Below are positions 10,149 to 21,700 of a stretch of DNA of 64,000 bases, in pieces (the first letter of the stretch is position 1; each line of letters starts with the position of its first letter). Made by a program: the position numbers and the translations under genes. Below the pieces are notes generated by a model, which did not search any database, was not told the origin of the DNA, and saw nothing but the letters and a program-made list of their open reading frames with translations. The DNA is from Chrysomallon squamiferum (Eukaryota; Animalia; Mollusca), in the NCBI GenBank assembly GCA_012295275.1, contig CM022674.1:10044001-10108000 (forward strand). The letters run 5' to 3'.

Positions 10149-12180
10149 TCATGGGTTTGGTTTTAAATATTTCCACAGATGTTTCAGACCGGTTCTTTCC
10201 AAGTTAAAAAACAGCTTGGACACAGTTGGATCAGAGCATTTCTGTTTCCAGTGGCAAAGTAGTTGAAAAATAACCTCCTCCATCCCTCCAGCCGTGTAAC
10301 TTTCATCAAATATTTTGTCCAGTGCTTCTCTTGAAATGCCAAGAAATCTTACTGAAAAAGAAAACAGTTTTGTTAGAATATCATACGCTACAAAACTGAT
10401 TTAAAACAAAAAACATATCGCTTATTGGATGTCAAACAAAATGCTGATTATTTTATTTATAAAAATTCAAAAATTAATTATAGCACAGTGTAAAGAGACG
10501 CAAAAAAAAAAAGTACCACAATTTATTAAAATTAAAATCTGTATCTCAATTTTTTTTTAGCGAGATGGACAATCCTTTTTCAATGCGAGCATGACACAAG
10601 ACTATCTCATCTTTCCTGCAATGCCTGTAGTAAGACTGCCAATCACCCAGGTGGCTTGACAGACTATACCAGTAAATGTGATGTTTAAAATCATTGTAAG
10701 GCACACCAACCTCGACATGAGACAAATCTAAAGCAGATTTGGCAGAAGAATCTGCTTTTTCACTGCCGCTGATGCTAACCTGAATGGTTATCCAACAAAA
10801 AACTATATTTTTATTGGCAATATGTAACATGACATGCTTTTGTATTCCCAAGTAAAGAATGCTCCAACCTCATGGTAAAGAATTAAGACATGAAAGTGGG
10901 TCTATGAAAATAATAATTCTGGATGCAAAGGTATGTTTAATTTCTTCCAGGCTTTAAGAACTTCTGAATTTCATCAGTTAAAACTGATGCCTAATCAGGC
11001 AACCTCATTGAGAAAGTTATGTCTGACGGAAAAACTGTAGCACAAGCTACAGAACTCCCATCCCACAATCCATCTGTATAAGCTATAAAATAATTAAAAT
11101 GTTTTATTGTACGATTTGGAGCAAATCGTTTAAGTAATATTTGTTAAGAGTTATATTAGTTATTAAGACTGCATCATCTATTTTATTAAATTCATAAACT
11201 CTGCATAAACATCATTATCTCATTCCATTATGTTTCTCATCATCTGTATTAATGGGGGTTTTTAAGTCAAAAATATATTCAATATCTGCTGAAATATTAA
11301 TAAAAATTCAAAGCCTCAATTTTGAAATTGGCTGTAATTTAATATCTTACTCAGTAATCTCCAAGGGTCACCAACATTTCGTGCAACATCATTCATACGG
11401 TCAACACTGACTTCTTCATTAGAGTCTGAAAATAAAGAAATTAGATACAGAAAATAATAATATTTTTATATTTAATCTTTTTATTTACACGCAGATCAGC
11501 TGTAAAAATCAGTCCAGCCCCTCATTATTTAGATGATGTTTCTAAAAAATGGATCCTCATGATAGTAAGTCAATAGAGGCTTTAAAAGATATGCTATATA
11601 TGTATAAACTAGAATCTGGTTATCTGGTGGTTGTGGAGAGACTTCTAATGTACCCAGACCTAAATCAGGTATAATCAGAGCTAGGAAGAAGGCAAAAATA
11701 TAAATAGGACGTCAAAATTATAACATCTGAGAAAATACTTATGACATGTTAATACCCTATCAAAACCTAACCACTTGTACTCAAATAAAGTAATTCTTAC
11801 CACGCACAGACTGAATATCCTCCTCTTCTGGTGAATCACTGTTATCACTATCATCACTGTCATAATCCTCTCCTGATGCATACATGATATTATGATTTCC
11901 AATCTGAATTTGTCGATTACCTTGTATCAAATACAAGTTATTTACTTGATCTGAAAACGTAAAATGTATATATAATTCAGAATATATAAAATATATTTAA
12001 ATTTTAAAAATCAAACATTAAAAGAAGGAAGAAATGTTTCTTTTAACAATTTTATAAAAATATGGCATCGTACATGTTAAAAACATTATAAAGAGCAAAT
12101 CTACTACTAACATATTAAGAAATACTAAAAAAAACAAAAAAACAAAAACTTACTTCCAAACTTAAATTTCTGGCCTGCAT
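10149..12180 (-). CDS. RHIM + death-domain adaptor (IMD/RIP-like), paralog B (start exon not located)
   Basis: Exons 12180-12154, 11950-11801, 11425-11351 and 10351-10149 splice in frame: AGQKFKFGNQVNNLYLIQGNRQIQIGNHNIMYASGEDYDSDDSDNSDSPEEEDIQSVRDSNEEVSVDRMNDVARNVGDPWRLLIRFLGISREALDKIFDESYTAGGMEEVIFQLLCHWKQKCSDPTVSKLFFNLERTGLKHLWKYLKPNP*. RHIM core IQIG; introns are homologous to those of paralog A. Confidence 0.72.
10410..10850 (-). mobile_element. 5'-truncated LINE RNase H fragment in an intron of paralog B
   Basis: ORF 10546-10851 reads IVFCWITIQVSISGSEKADSSAKSALDL...RKDEIVLCHARI. Same intron position as in paralog A. Confidence 0.7.
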
Positions 12181-14852
12181 CTAAAATTATAAAGGTAATA
12201 TTTACAAAAATATGATGTTTCATAATTATTTTATAATTAACCATTCAAAATGAAGAACTTGTTAAATTATTTTATTACATATTTATTTTCAAGCACTTTT
12301 TAAAAACCTAACATTGGCATGTTTTGTAGCATTCTTGATATTTTTGTTTCGTTTTCTTTATTTTTGTTGTCATCATTGGCTTTCTTTATTTTTCTTTATT
12401 ATAAATTTGTATCCATTTTGTTACTTGATACTCAACAAAGCTTAGAATGTTTTACTTCCTCACAATGAAAACATTAAAAATATTATAATAAATATTATAA
12501 TTACGTCTATAATAAAAGCATTCGCTAAGATGGGCATATACTGATACCTTTCTTTAAAATGTTATTTGAGTGAAAGATTAACACGATGGTTGTGCACACA
12601 TTCCTACACAAGAGTATTTCGATCAGTCATTGGCCACAAAAACTAAAACATCGTTAGTGTTCACGGGCGATTTCTAACCCGTCTTATTTCTTGACGTCAA
12701 ATGGAATATATTTCCTAATATCCTAGATTATAATTTAAACTAAAGTTCAGTTTACGTTTCTACAACTTAATGAATGTGCCCAAGTATTGGTTCGATGAAA
12801 TTATTGGATTAACTGATAGAGAATAGGGTTGTATTTGTTATTATTATTATTTTTGTTGTTGATGATGCTGCTGCTGATGACGTTGTTTTCTATTATTAAT
12901 ATGTGGGCCAGTCTTTTGCTCTAACGCCATAATTGATTTTCGTGCCAATTTATGTTTACTACTGTTGCGTTTATAAAATAGATGGATGGATGAAACTATC
13001 GCCTGCCATTACTTTCCTTGTTATTTGAAGACACTGGCATCGTTCTTTCCAACCATGGCTGTGCACTTTGCACCGAGCTGGTATTAACTCATTCTTTATT
13101 ACATAATATTTATTACAGATGAAGATTTACTTTTGAACTCTGTGTTGTTTGTTTGATCACGAGTTATTCACTGAATTTGTAATCAGCACATGAAAAATGC
13201 GTATTTTAAACGCGTCTTCGAGCTGGACAGCGAAAACAGTACACCAACCTCTTCGGCTTCGTGCCCATGAAGTGCTTCATTTTTAGCACCATTGGTAAGC
13301 TAAGTCGGGAATAAAATAAAATAACCACGTTTTTCTTGAAAAATCGGCTTCAGACAAATTACGTTATATTGTAATGAATTTACGCCCGACATTCTAAACC
13401 TTGTTCAATTTCCTTTTGAACAGTATTTTAAATTAAGCATAACATTCACTGCGGCTTTCTCCAGTATAACGATGCTATAATCGTCAGAATGACGATTTTC
13501 ACTCGTACCATCTCGGTAAGTCAATTATTATTATGGTTTAATTAACGTTTCTTATAAACTTATTCAAGAATTCATTTAATTTTTATCTAATCACTTTTTA
13601 TTGCTGAAACGGATTGTGATACCAATATTTATAATCTTACAACTTGTCTTTTGTTTTTTAAATACTAAAGCAATCAACATAACTAACTTTCAGTTTTAAA
13701 TTTTGTCCTGAAGTGAAATATTTCAAAGAGGAATTAATTCTGATTAAGGAGTGGGCTTTGGCTTGTTGCTTTGTCCTCGATCTGGATTGCAGACATCATG
13801 AACATAGAATATAAAGAATTTCCGTTTCACCTGGAGTAATTTTGCATTGACTTTGGTATAATAAATACTATTTACATGATGAGGAAAATAAATTTGATCT
13901 TTACTTCTTTAATCTAATTGCGTACTATACAAAAACAGTTTTATGTATGTTAATGCACAAATTTGTTTTTTCTTCAGTTTTTTTCTAGACAAAACGAAAC
14001 TGTGGTTTATATAATTTTATTTTATTTTAACCTGAGTGTTAATTTTAAATGTTAAGAAATTTGAATGTTTATTTTATAATATTAAGTCGAAGAAAAATGT
14101 ACATGTATTAAATTGTTTAGCAATTTTCTTTCACCAGTTCAAATTTGCATGATTATAAAAGGAATTTTGTTGTTTGTCAGAAAACAAAGAATATAAAATA
14201 ATTTACAATCAAAAGAACGTTTTGATGTTTAACCATTTATTAGTTATTTTTTAATTAATTATTTTTTCATCAGACAAAAATCAAATGTAACCACTCATTA
14301 AAAAAGAAAAGAAAAAAAGAAGAGATTTGATTCTTTTATTACAAGATAAAACCTTTTTACCATCAACATTAAGTAACATCACACGTGTATGGGAGTAAAG
14401 TTTCTTTATGATACAATAGACACTGTAAATGGCTGTAACAGACACTGTAAATTGGATTATTCTGTCATGTTTAAAATTCTGCAAATGATGATACATTTTA
14501 ACTTTTCTAAGTCACCGGTATAAGTCCATTCATTTTTGAACAAGGTGAATAAATCCTTTTTGTTAAAATAAGCTATATATTTGTTTTGTTTTCCAGTCCA
14601 ATATACATTTTTCTCATGATTTGTCATTAAAATTACGTTCTATAACCTTACTAGCAGAACAATAATAGTAGAATATTTTGTAATATGATTTCATAGGTTC
14701 ATTATGATCAATTTCCCATGTGATTTATCAAGTCTATATGTTAGCAAAGTCAAAAAAATTCATAATAATAATAATAATTAAAAAAAATTATCATAACACT
14801 CATAATGAAAAATATAATCTTCCTCCCCACACTGTCATACAATGCTTACATC

Positions 14853-17753
14853 TCAAGGAGATAAATATTTATACAGATGGCATAATTCTGAATATTTAAG
14901 TGCTTTCATCAGAGTTGAAACTGTAGGATTTGTATCTTCACGTTTCCACTTAAGAAGAAGTTGATATACAGTTTCTTGCATGTCTTCTGAAATATTTTCT
15001 TTGCGTATATATTCAATGTCTGAGTCTTCAATTCCCAGCCTGCGAGCTATAATAAACAGCCAAAATTTTAACATTGTGAACAACTGCAACTATGTTTACA
15101 AATAAATATCTAATCTGCTTATTATACCAGTGTGTCAAAAAATTATAAATTAAAAAAAAAAAAAGGTTATTTCATTTGTTTTATTTATCATTTTTAATAA
15201 AATATGATTAAATTTGATTTATACCCTAATAATAATAAACAAACTATAATAGAAAACACACACAAAATGATAAAGGTTACTTGATGACATGACCAGTCAT
15301 ATATGTAGATATTTAGATCAATAGTTAAAGAAAATGAAGTATAAATAATTAAAATTTTCTCTTCAACTTACCAAATTGCCTCCACCTTCCTCCTATCTGT
15401 TCTGATAAATTTCTCAGTTCCATTTCAGATACTTTTCTTTTTGATGCTAAATAAATTATTCAAAGTAACAATTAAAACTTTGAAACAAAACAAAAAATAA
15501 AGCATTTTTGAACAATCTTATTCCAAAACATATATTTCTATTTTTGTTTCCAACAATCAACCACTGAAACTTCATCATTGACTGTTGTTTTCTTTTTAAC
15601 ATAAAATGAAAATTGCCAAAACCTAATGAATATAGGTTTGCTTTTTACATTTCTGTAGAAAAATAGAGATGTGTAAAAGATCACAAAAAAGATTAAAAGT
15701 TTTTTTAAATTTTATAAAATTTTATTGTTTCCACACCTTGAACTGGTGTGATATTTTAACTAGAAAAAAAAACTAATCAATTTTAGAACTTACACATCAA
15801 CTGTTTTTCTTTTTCTGTATCAACAACCTCTTTTACATCATCATCAACATCACTGTCTGATGAACTCTCACTGCCAGCTGATGTAGCCCTGCATGGGTGC
15901 TGGATTATCATTGTGTTGCTATCTCCAATCTGTACATTCTCACAATTAACCAGATTTATCTGTGTATTATTTTTAACATTAACTTTTTCAAGTCTTGAAT
16001 AGCCTAAGCAAGAAAAAAAAACATGATATAAAACTAATAATAATAAAAAATTATAATAATTCAATGAAAAAAAGAAAAGAAAAAGTAATTAAATTAAAAA
16101 ACATAAGTTCTAATTATTTTTAACAGCATGAAGAATAAAGATTAGGCACTTTGATAGAAAAATACTGAATGTTTTTTTTATGGAATTATATTAATCTTTC
16201 TTGCAGAATGTTGTGTCAATTATAAACTCACTTTAGATAACCTGTCAGTTGGAATGTGCACAGCAGACAGTTCAGGCCACAATGATTTTTACATTTGTTT
16301 ATCAAAAGTAATATTTTTAGTAAGAACTGATTCATTTCTTTTTATAGATGATGTAAATCAACAGGCACAAAGTAATTTACGGAGGAGGCTCTTAAAGGTT
16401 TCCTGGAATTTTTATTTTCTTCCTTAATCGAAACAATAATAACGATGATGATGATGAGGCAACAGCAATATCAATTTTTTAACTTTTAAATAATTTAAAC
16501 TTCAATTAACTATGTTTATACTTTTCTGTTGTTGAAAAGGTGGAATGGCGGTGGGAGCAGTCACTCTTGAAACAAGATCTTGTGCTTTCATCACACTTAA
16601 CTGTGCCTGTAAATAGAGAAACAAACAAAACATGAGCCATGCATGGTTAATTAAAATGATTATTCATAGAAATGCTTTTATTTACCAGAAACAATAAAAA
16701 CAAAAAACAATATTTTTTTAACATAATGATGACTAAAGGTCCTCAAGCTATTAACTGAATCTATCATCTCTGCAATAAAATGAATTTTTAACATCACTTT
16801 TTTAATTAATAATTATTATTTATTTCTGCATAGGAAAATCACGGATACTGTATACATTTGACAAATTTATGTTATTATTCAGCTAAATGAAGATTAAAAA
16901 ATCAACAAAATGCTAAAAAAACAAATAGAATAATAATAAAAGATTTCATTTATCTTATTTATATTTGGAGATAAGCAACTTTGAAACATTATAAAACAGA
17001 AAACCCTATTTTTAAGGGGTAACCATAGTTTCATCATTTATGCTTAGGAAGTGTTTGGTATCACTATAACCAGCAGAATTCAAAGATGTGAAAGAAACTA
17101 TTAATTTAAATACAAGTATTCAAAAGAGTTTTTTGTTTCCACAGTTTGATACATGACACATCAACCACAGTATGAGTAGATCAGTAAATAAGTGTTACAT
17201 GTTGTCACATAATATTTCAAATTAAACAGATTTAAAAGTGGAAATAAAATGTACAAGTCTCAAAATGGACATTTTTGGCATGAGTGAAGACATTGCTCCA
17301 TAGCATCAAATTGTGCTCTGTCAATTAACCATGGTTTTCACATGCATCAACATATGTATTTATTTACATTCTTCTTTTTTTCAAGACCCCATTAGACAAA
17401 AATTCTGTTATTGGGTTTTTCTGTAGAGTAATAAATTCAAAAATAACAAAATTTGTCACCATTAGATTATTTGATAAATTAAACTGTTTTGTAAAAGCAT
17501 CACAGAGAATGTTCCATCTCAGATGCCATATTAAAAGAATTATAAATATTACAATAAATAATTATATACTTATAGCTTTAAATGTATGTTTAAAAAGATT
17601 TGTAATTTAAAAACTATGAAAATAACAATGGTTCTAAATTTTGTTTAAAAACAACATTAAATGTAATACCTGACTTAATATCTTCTGAATATCAACAGGC
17701 TTTGCATTTGCCGCACTATATCTACCTCTTACTTTTTTATTGGACTCGGCCAT
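14853..17753 (-). CDS. RHIM + death-domain adaptor (IMD-like), paralog D, 215 aa
   Basis: Exons 17753-17670, 16606-16522, 16003-15794, 15446-15372 and 15046-14853 (648 nt): MAESNKKVRGRYSAANAKPVDIQKILSQAQLSVMKAQDLVSRVTAPTAIPPFQQQKSYSRLEKVNVKNNTQINLVNCENVQIGDSNTMIIQHP...SKRKVSEMELRNLSEQIGGRWRQFARRLGIEDSDIEYIRKENISEDMQETVYQLLLKWKREDTNPTVSTLMKALKYSELCHLYKYLSP*. Canonical RHIM (VQIG..N.M) and death domain. Confidence 0.85.
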
Positions 17754-17830
17754 TGGTTGCGGTCTAGAAAATGATATATATGTAAGTGACTTATAATGAT
17801 TTAAAAGTTAACACTATTTGAAATATTAGT

Positions 17831-19060
17831 AGGGTAAGGTGGGGTAATTCTGGCCCCAGGGCATTTCTGGCCCCAAAGTTATATTATAAATTACAGCCAC
17901 TATAGTGTTCTGAGCAGGCTTCTGGAACTTTGTTGATATAAACAGAACCTTACTATCTCTCATTAGAACAATCATGTAGGTAATCAGCCATTTACACATG
18001 GAGTATAGTTGCCATGAAAGTAATGAAAACAACAAGGTTGTAAAAAAAGTGCATTTTGAGGTTTCAGAAGTGAGTGTTCTTTTTTTAGTCCTATAGACAT
18101 AAGGTTAGTGATAACTTATAACAGGCAAACATATAAGCAATTATTAAGTTCAGCAGAAGAAAACTGATAATATGTGGTAATTAGGAAAGGAGTGTATGTT
18201 TTATTTTACTCTACCACTTGGGGCAATTGTGGTCCTCTTGCATAGGGTATTGATATAGTCCATTCTGAGTTTTATTTAAATTTTTTGAAACAATTGAAAG
18301 TCCACAGTCCATCTGGTGGGGCATGTTGTCAAACTTCAAATAAAATCAAGAGGTATAAAGAACAGCTGGCAGAGAAGAAGAGGAAGGAGGAAAAAAGGAA
18401 GAAAAAAACAAAAGAAGATACTAAAGCCAAAATGGCAGCTCAATTTGAATGCTACAGCAGAACTGGTGGATGCAGTCAAAGAAAACGGTGGTGACGAGTC
18501 TGAACTAGAAGACAGAGGTGTAGTAGATATACAAGAAAAATGTTAACTCTGTGGCAGAGTTGATGATGGAATGAATTCCAATGAGTTCATAGAATGTGAT
18601 AGGTGCCCAAATTTGTATTGTCTTGATTCTAGCACAAATATCTAAATCACAGCTGGTGCAGACTTGAAATATATTATATTCTTGTATCATATTTATCAAG
18701 GAGTTTAGTTTATTGAAGTTTTGAATCTGACTTATTTTATGATTAGTACTAATTATTATTAGTAGAAAACAATGATTACATAGCAATAATCAGTACAATA
18801 AATTTGAGGACCAAAATACATCATAAATGTGGGGGCCAGATTTACCCTAAATCAACAGGGCAACTCTGGCACCTGAAAACAACTTTTAACCTAGTTCCCA
18901 TTTCAAAAGAATAAACAGTATGCATGTAGTGTTTGTGTATTTTGAAGCGGAAATAGATATACTTCACATTATTCACTCCATTTTGTTGTTTCCTTTTTTC
19001 TGTGAAGCTATAGTTGAGGTTGAATGGAAAAGGGTGCCAGAATTACCCCCACCTTACCCT
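17831..19060 (+). mobile_element. Non-autonomous pogo-like DNA transposon with terminal inverted repeats
   Basis: TIRs AGGGTAAGGTGGGGTAATTCTGGC at 17831 and GCCAGAATTACCCCCACCTTACCCT ending at 19060, plus subterminal repeats (~17865, ~18830). Internal Lys-rich coil and a PHD-like remnant C*LCGR...FIECDRCPNLYC; no DDE domain seen. Confidence 0.75.
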
Positions 19061-20536
19061 TTATATTACTGATAAAAAAATAAAAAAATAAAAAATATTG
19101 TATTTGAATATTTAAAATTTCAAAGCAAAGACAATACAAAAATTTGAAATCTCATTACGATTACATGTGAAAAACGTAAAGTACCTAATTATTGATTTAA
19201 ATTAAGTAATTAGAAAGGATGTTAAAGCCAAAGTGAAAATATTGCTTGCTATCAATGTGTAATGTAAATCTGTAATCAGTGAAATCCTATGGAAGAGCGA
19301 TAAGTATAATACACGCGTAAAAACGGGATATAATATCTATATTATGTACGTACGTACGTATCGGCAGTTTAGTCGTTTCCTTTTAACATTAAAAGATACC
19401 TTTCACAATAACTACATTATTCAAGCTATCCAAAATAGAGATTTTCTTCAAATGAAGTTTCTGTTAAACTACCCTTATTCGTCACAGATTAAGGAAAACC
19501 CAGTTTCGCAGGTGCCTAGACTGATTGACTGAAATAAAAGGATATTCACTCTCTGGGTGAGTGTCCGGTCTATGAGAAGATAATAAAAGGAACGATAACT
19601 CCTTCCATAATTGACAGCAGCAGGACGTCAAGTTTGACACTTAGAGAGAAATTGCTTGTATATTTATACATAAACTGCTGAATCTTGCATGATAATACGA
19701 ATAGAATATAAATTTTCTTTATCTCACCTATAGTGGTCATTTATGTTCACAAGTCATAATCTTCGCTTCATATACACACTGATATAATAGCATTGCATCT
19801 ATTTACGATCGACAACTGCTACTGCCTAGGATACAGGCTGCAGCAGTAATTACAATTACTGTTACTTTATTAGAACGATCTCGTGGTATCGGTTTTGACG
19901 CAGATAAGCAACAGTTTCGCCCTAAGGAAAAATAATGATGTTATTCTTGTTATTATGGACAGAGACATAACGTAATATATATACACATGATTAAAATATA
20001 AACATTAAATTAAGTATAGGCCTATATAATATTGCGAGTTTTTGTTTGTTTCTAGTATGTGTATGCTGTAACATTCTTACCTTTTTAATGCGGTATGGGT
20101 TTTGGCGCTGAACATCTAAGCGAGTTCCATAAAAATAGGTTGAAGTGGGCTTGGCCTAATTGTTTAATAGTTCTTTGACTGTCAGCAGACGGTAATGTTT
20201 TGTGCAGTTTGTGGGTGAAATTTATTGTGAAACTTTGGAGATTATGGGGTTGTTTATGTATGGCTAAAAAAGTGTCTTATGAAAAACAGTACTTTTAGCT
20301 ATATGGTTATGTTAATTTAATCTTACCCCAAACATGCGAATATGAAGCACTAGATTATTTGGTAGGTTACATTTATTTTTTATTTTTTTAAATTCTACTG
20401 AATTTTTATATATTCTTTTTTTTTTTTTTTTATATGATATTTAATCTGTATTCAATAAATCATTACTGAAAAATAATTTATGAATGTAAGAATGAAAGAT
20501 ATTGCACTTGTCTTATTTTAATTTTCAGTGGTGAAA

Positions 20537-20723
20537 CAATTTTAATAAACTCAAGCAAAAGAATAAAATTATATATCGTCTTGGTGTGTGTTTTGACGCA
20601 CCTTCCTTAAATAATAATAATAACGTCACAGGGCAAATATTTTGTTAGTTATTGACAGTTGTTAGTAAACACACACCGAGACGATATATAATTTTATTCT
20701 TTTGCTTGAGTTTATTAAAATTG
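20537..20723. repeat. 57-bp inverted repeat pair (MITE-like hairpin)
   Basis: 20537-20593 is the reverse complement of 20667-20723 with one mismatch; spacer about 73 bp. Confidence 0.85.
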
Positions 20724-20929
20724 CTTTAGGATAGTGGAATATATTACCACAATCAAGCCAGGCATTGAGTGAATAAAACAACTTTTACTCTTTTGAAGTA
20801 TCTTCAGCATCATATTAAAAAAGAATTTATCAAAGATGTTTTTATATATACTTATTCACTTGAACCAATTATTTATTAAATGACAATAACAGTAATTAAA
20901 AAAACAACTTGAAATCAACATAAACATTA

Positions 20930-21700
20930 TTCTTCTGCATGATCCTTGCTTACTGCTGTAATCTATACTTGAACATTTAAACATAAAAATGTATTGTTAC
21001 TGTGAAAAACTTGGAATTTGTTTGGACTGTCTTTTTCCCAGCAAAAATCTGAGATTGTTAAATGCCTTTCAGATGGTGCCATTTTAGAAATATTTCAGTT
21101 TGCTAAATCAAAATATTATAAAAATCATCAAATTCCAACCATACATAATCAGAAATATTACAAATACTTTAGACATAGATCATAATGCTTGTCTGTGGAA
21201 AATATTCTATGTTAAAAAAATTGATAAAGCCACATGAGGATCACTATGGTTCTATTTCAAGAAAAATGTTTTATAATACCAGTAACAATAGCTACAGTTT
21301 CAGAGCATACACACTTACATGAAGTAGTGGAGAAAGAACCAGTTAATCATTTACAAGTGTTTAGAGAAAAGCTTGAAACCAAGAGACTGAAGTTGTCACA
21401 ACTTGCAGAGAGAATCAAACAACTTAAAAGAAAGTTGGAACGAAGAGAAACTCATTTACAAAAAGAAAAGGAAACTAAAATAAGAAAAGTTGGTGCATTG
21501 ATGGAAAAGAATCCAAACAAGTCAAGAAAAGATTTTGAAAAAAAAATCAAAACATCACATTAAATAGTTTGCTGCAGATTACAAGAAGAAATTAATATTA
21601 AATTGGAATCCTGTCAGGTTGCTATTACAGCTGTCTGAAAAAGCTAGTCTGTAAAAGCTGAAAACTTAATATTGAAAAAAGAGAACCAGAAAGATGAAAA
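20930..21700 (+). pseudogene. Possible decayed B-box/coiled-coil (TRIM-like) sequence
   Basis: Cys/His fragments (MYCYCEKLGICLDC; ATVSEHTHLHEVV) followed by a long charged coiled coil (ORF 21234-21563), with frameshifts and stops. Confidence 0.3.

Noticed and set aside
10149-10351. Suspected frameshifts in the final death-domain exons of paralogs B and E
   Set aside because: Recounting the homopolymer runs showed both frames are intact.
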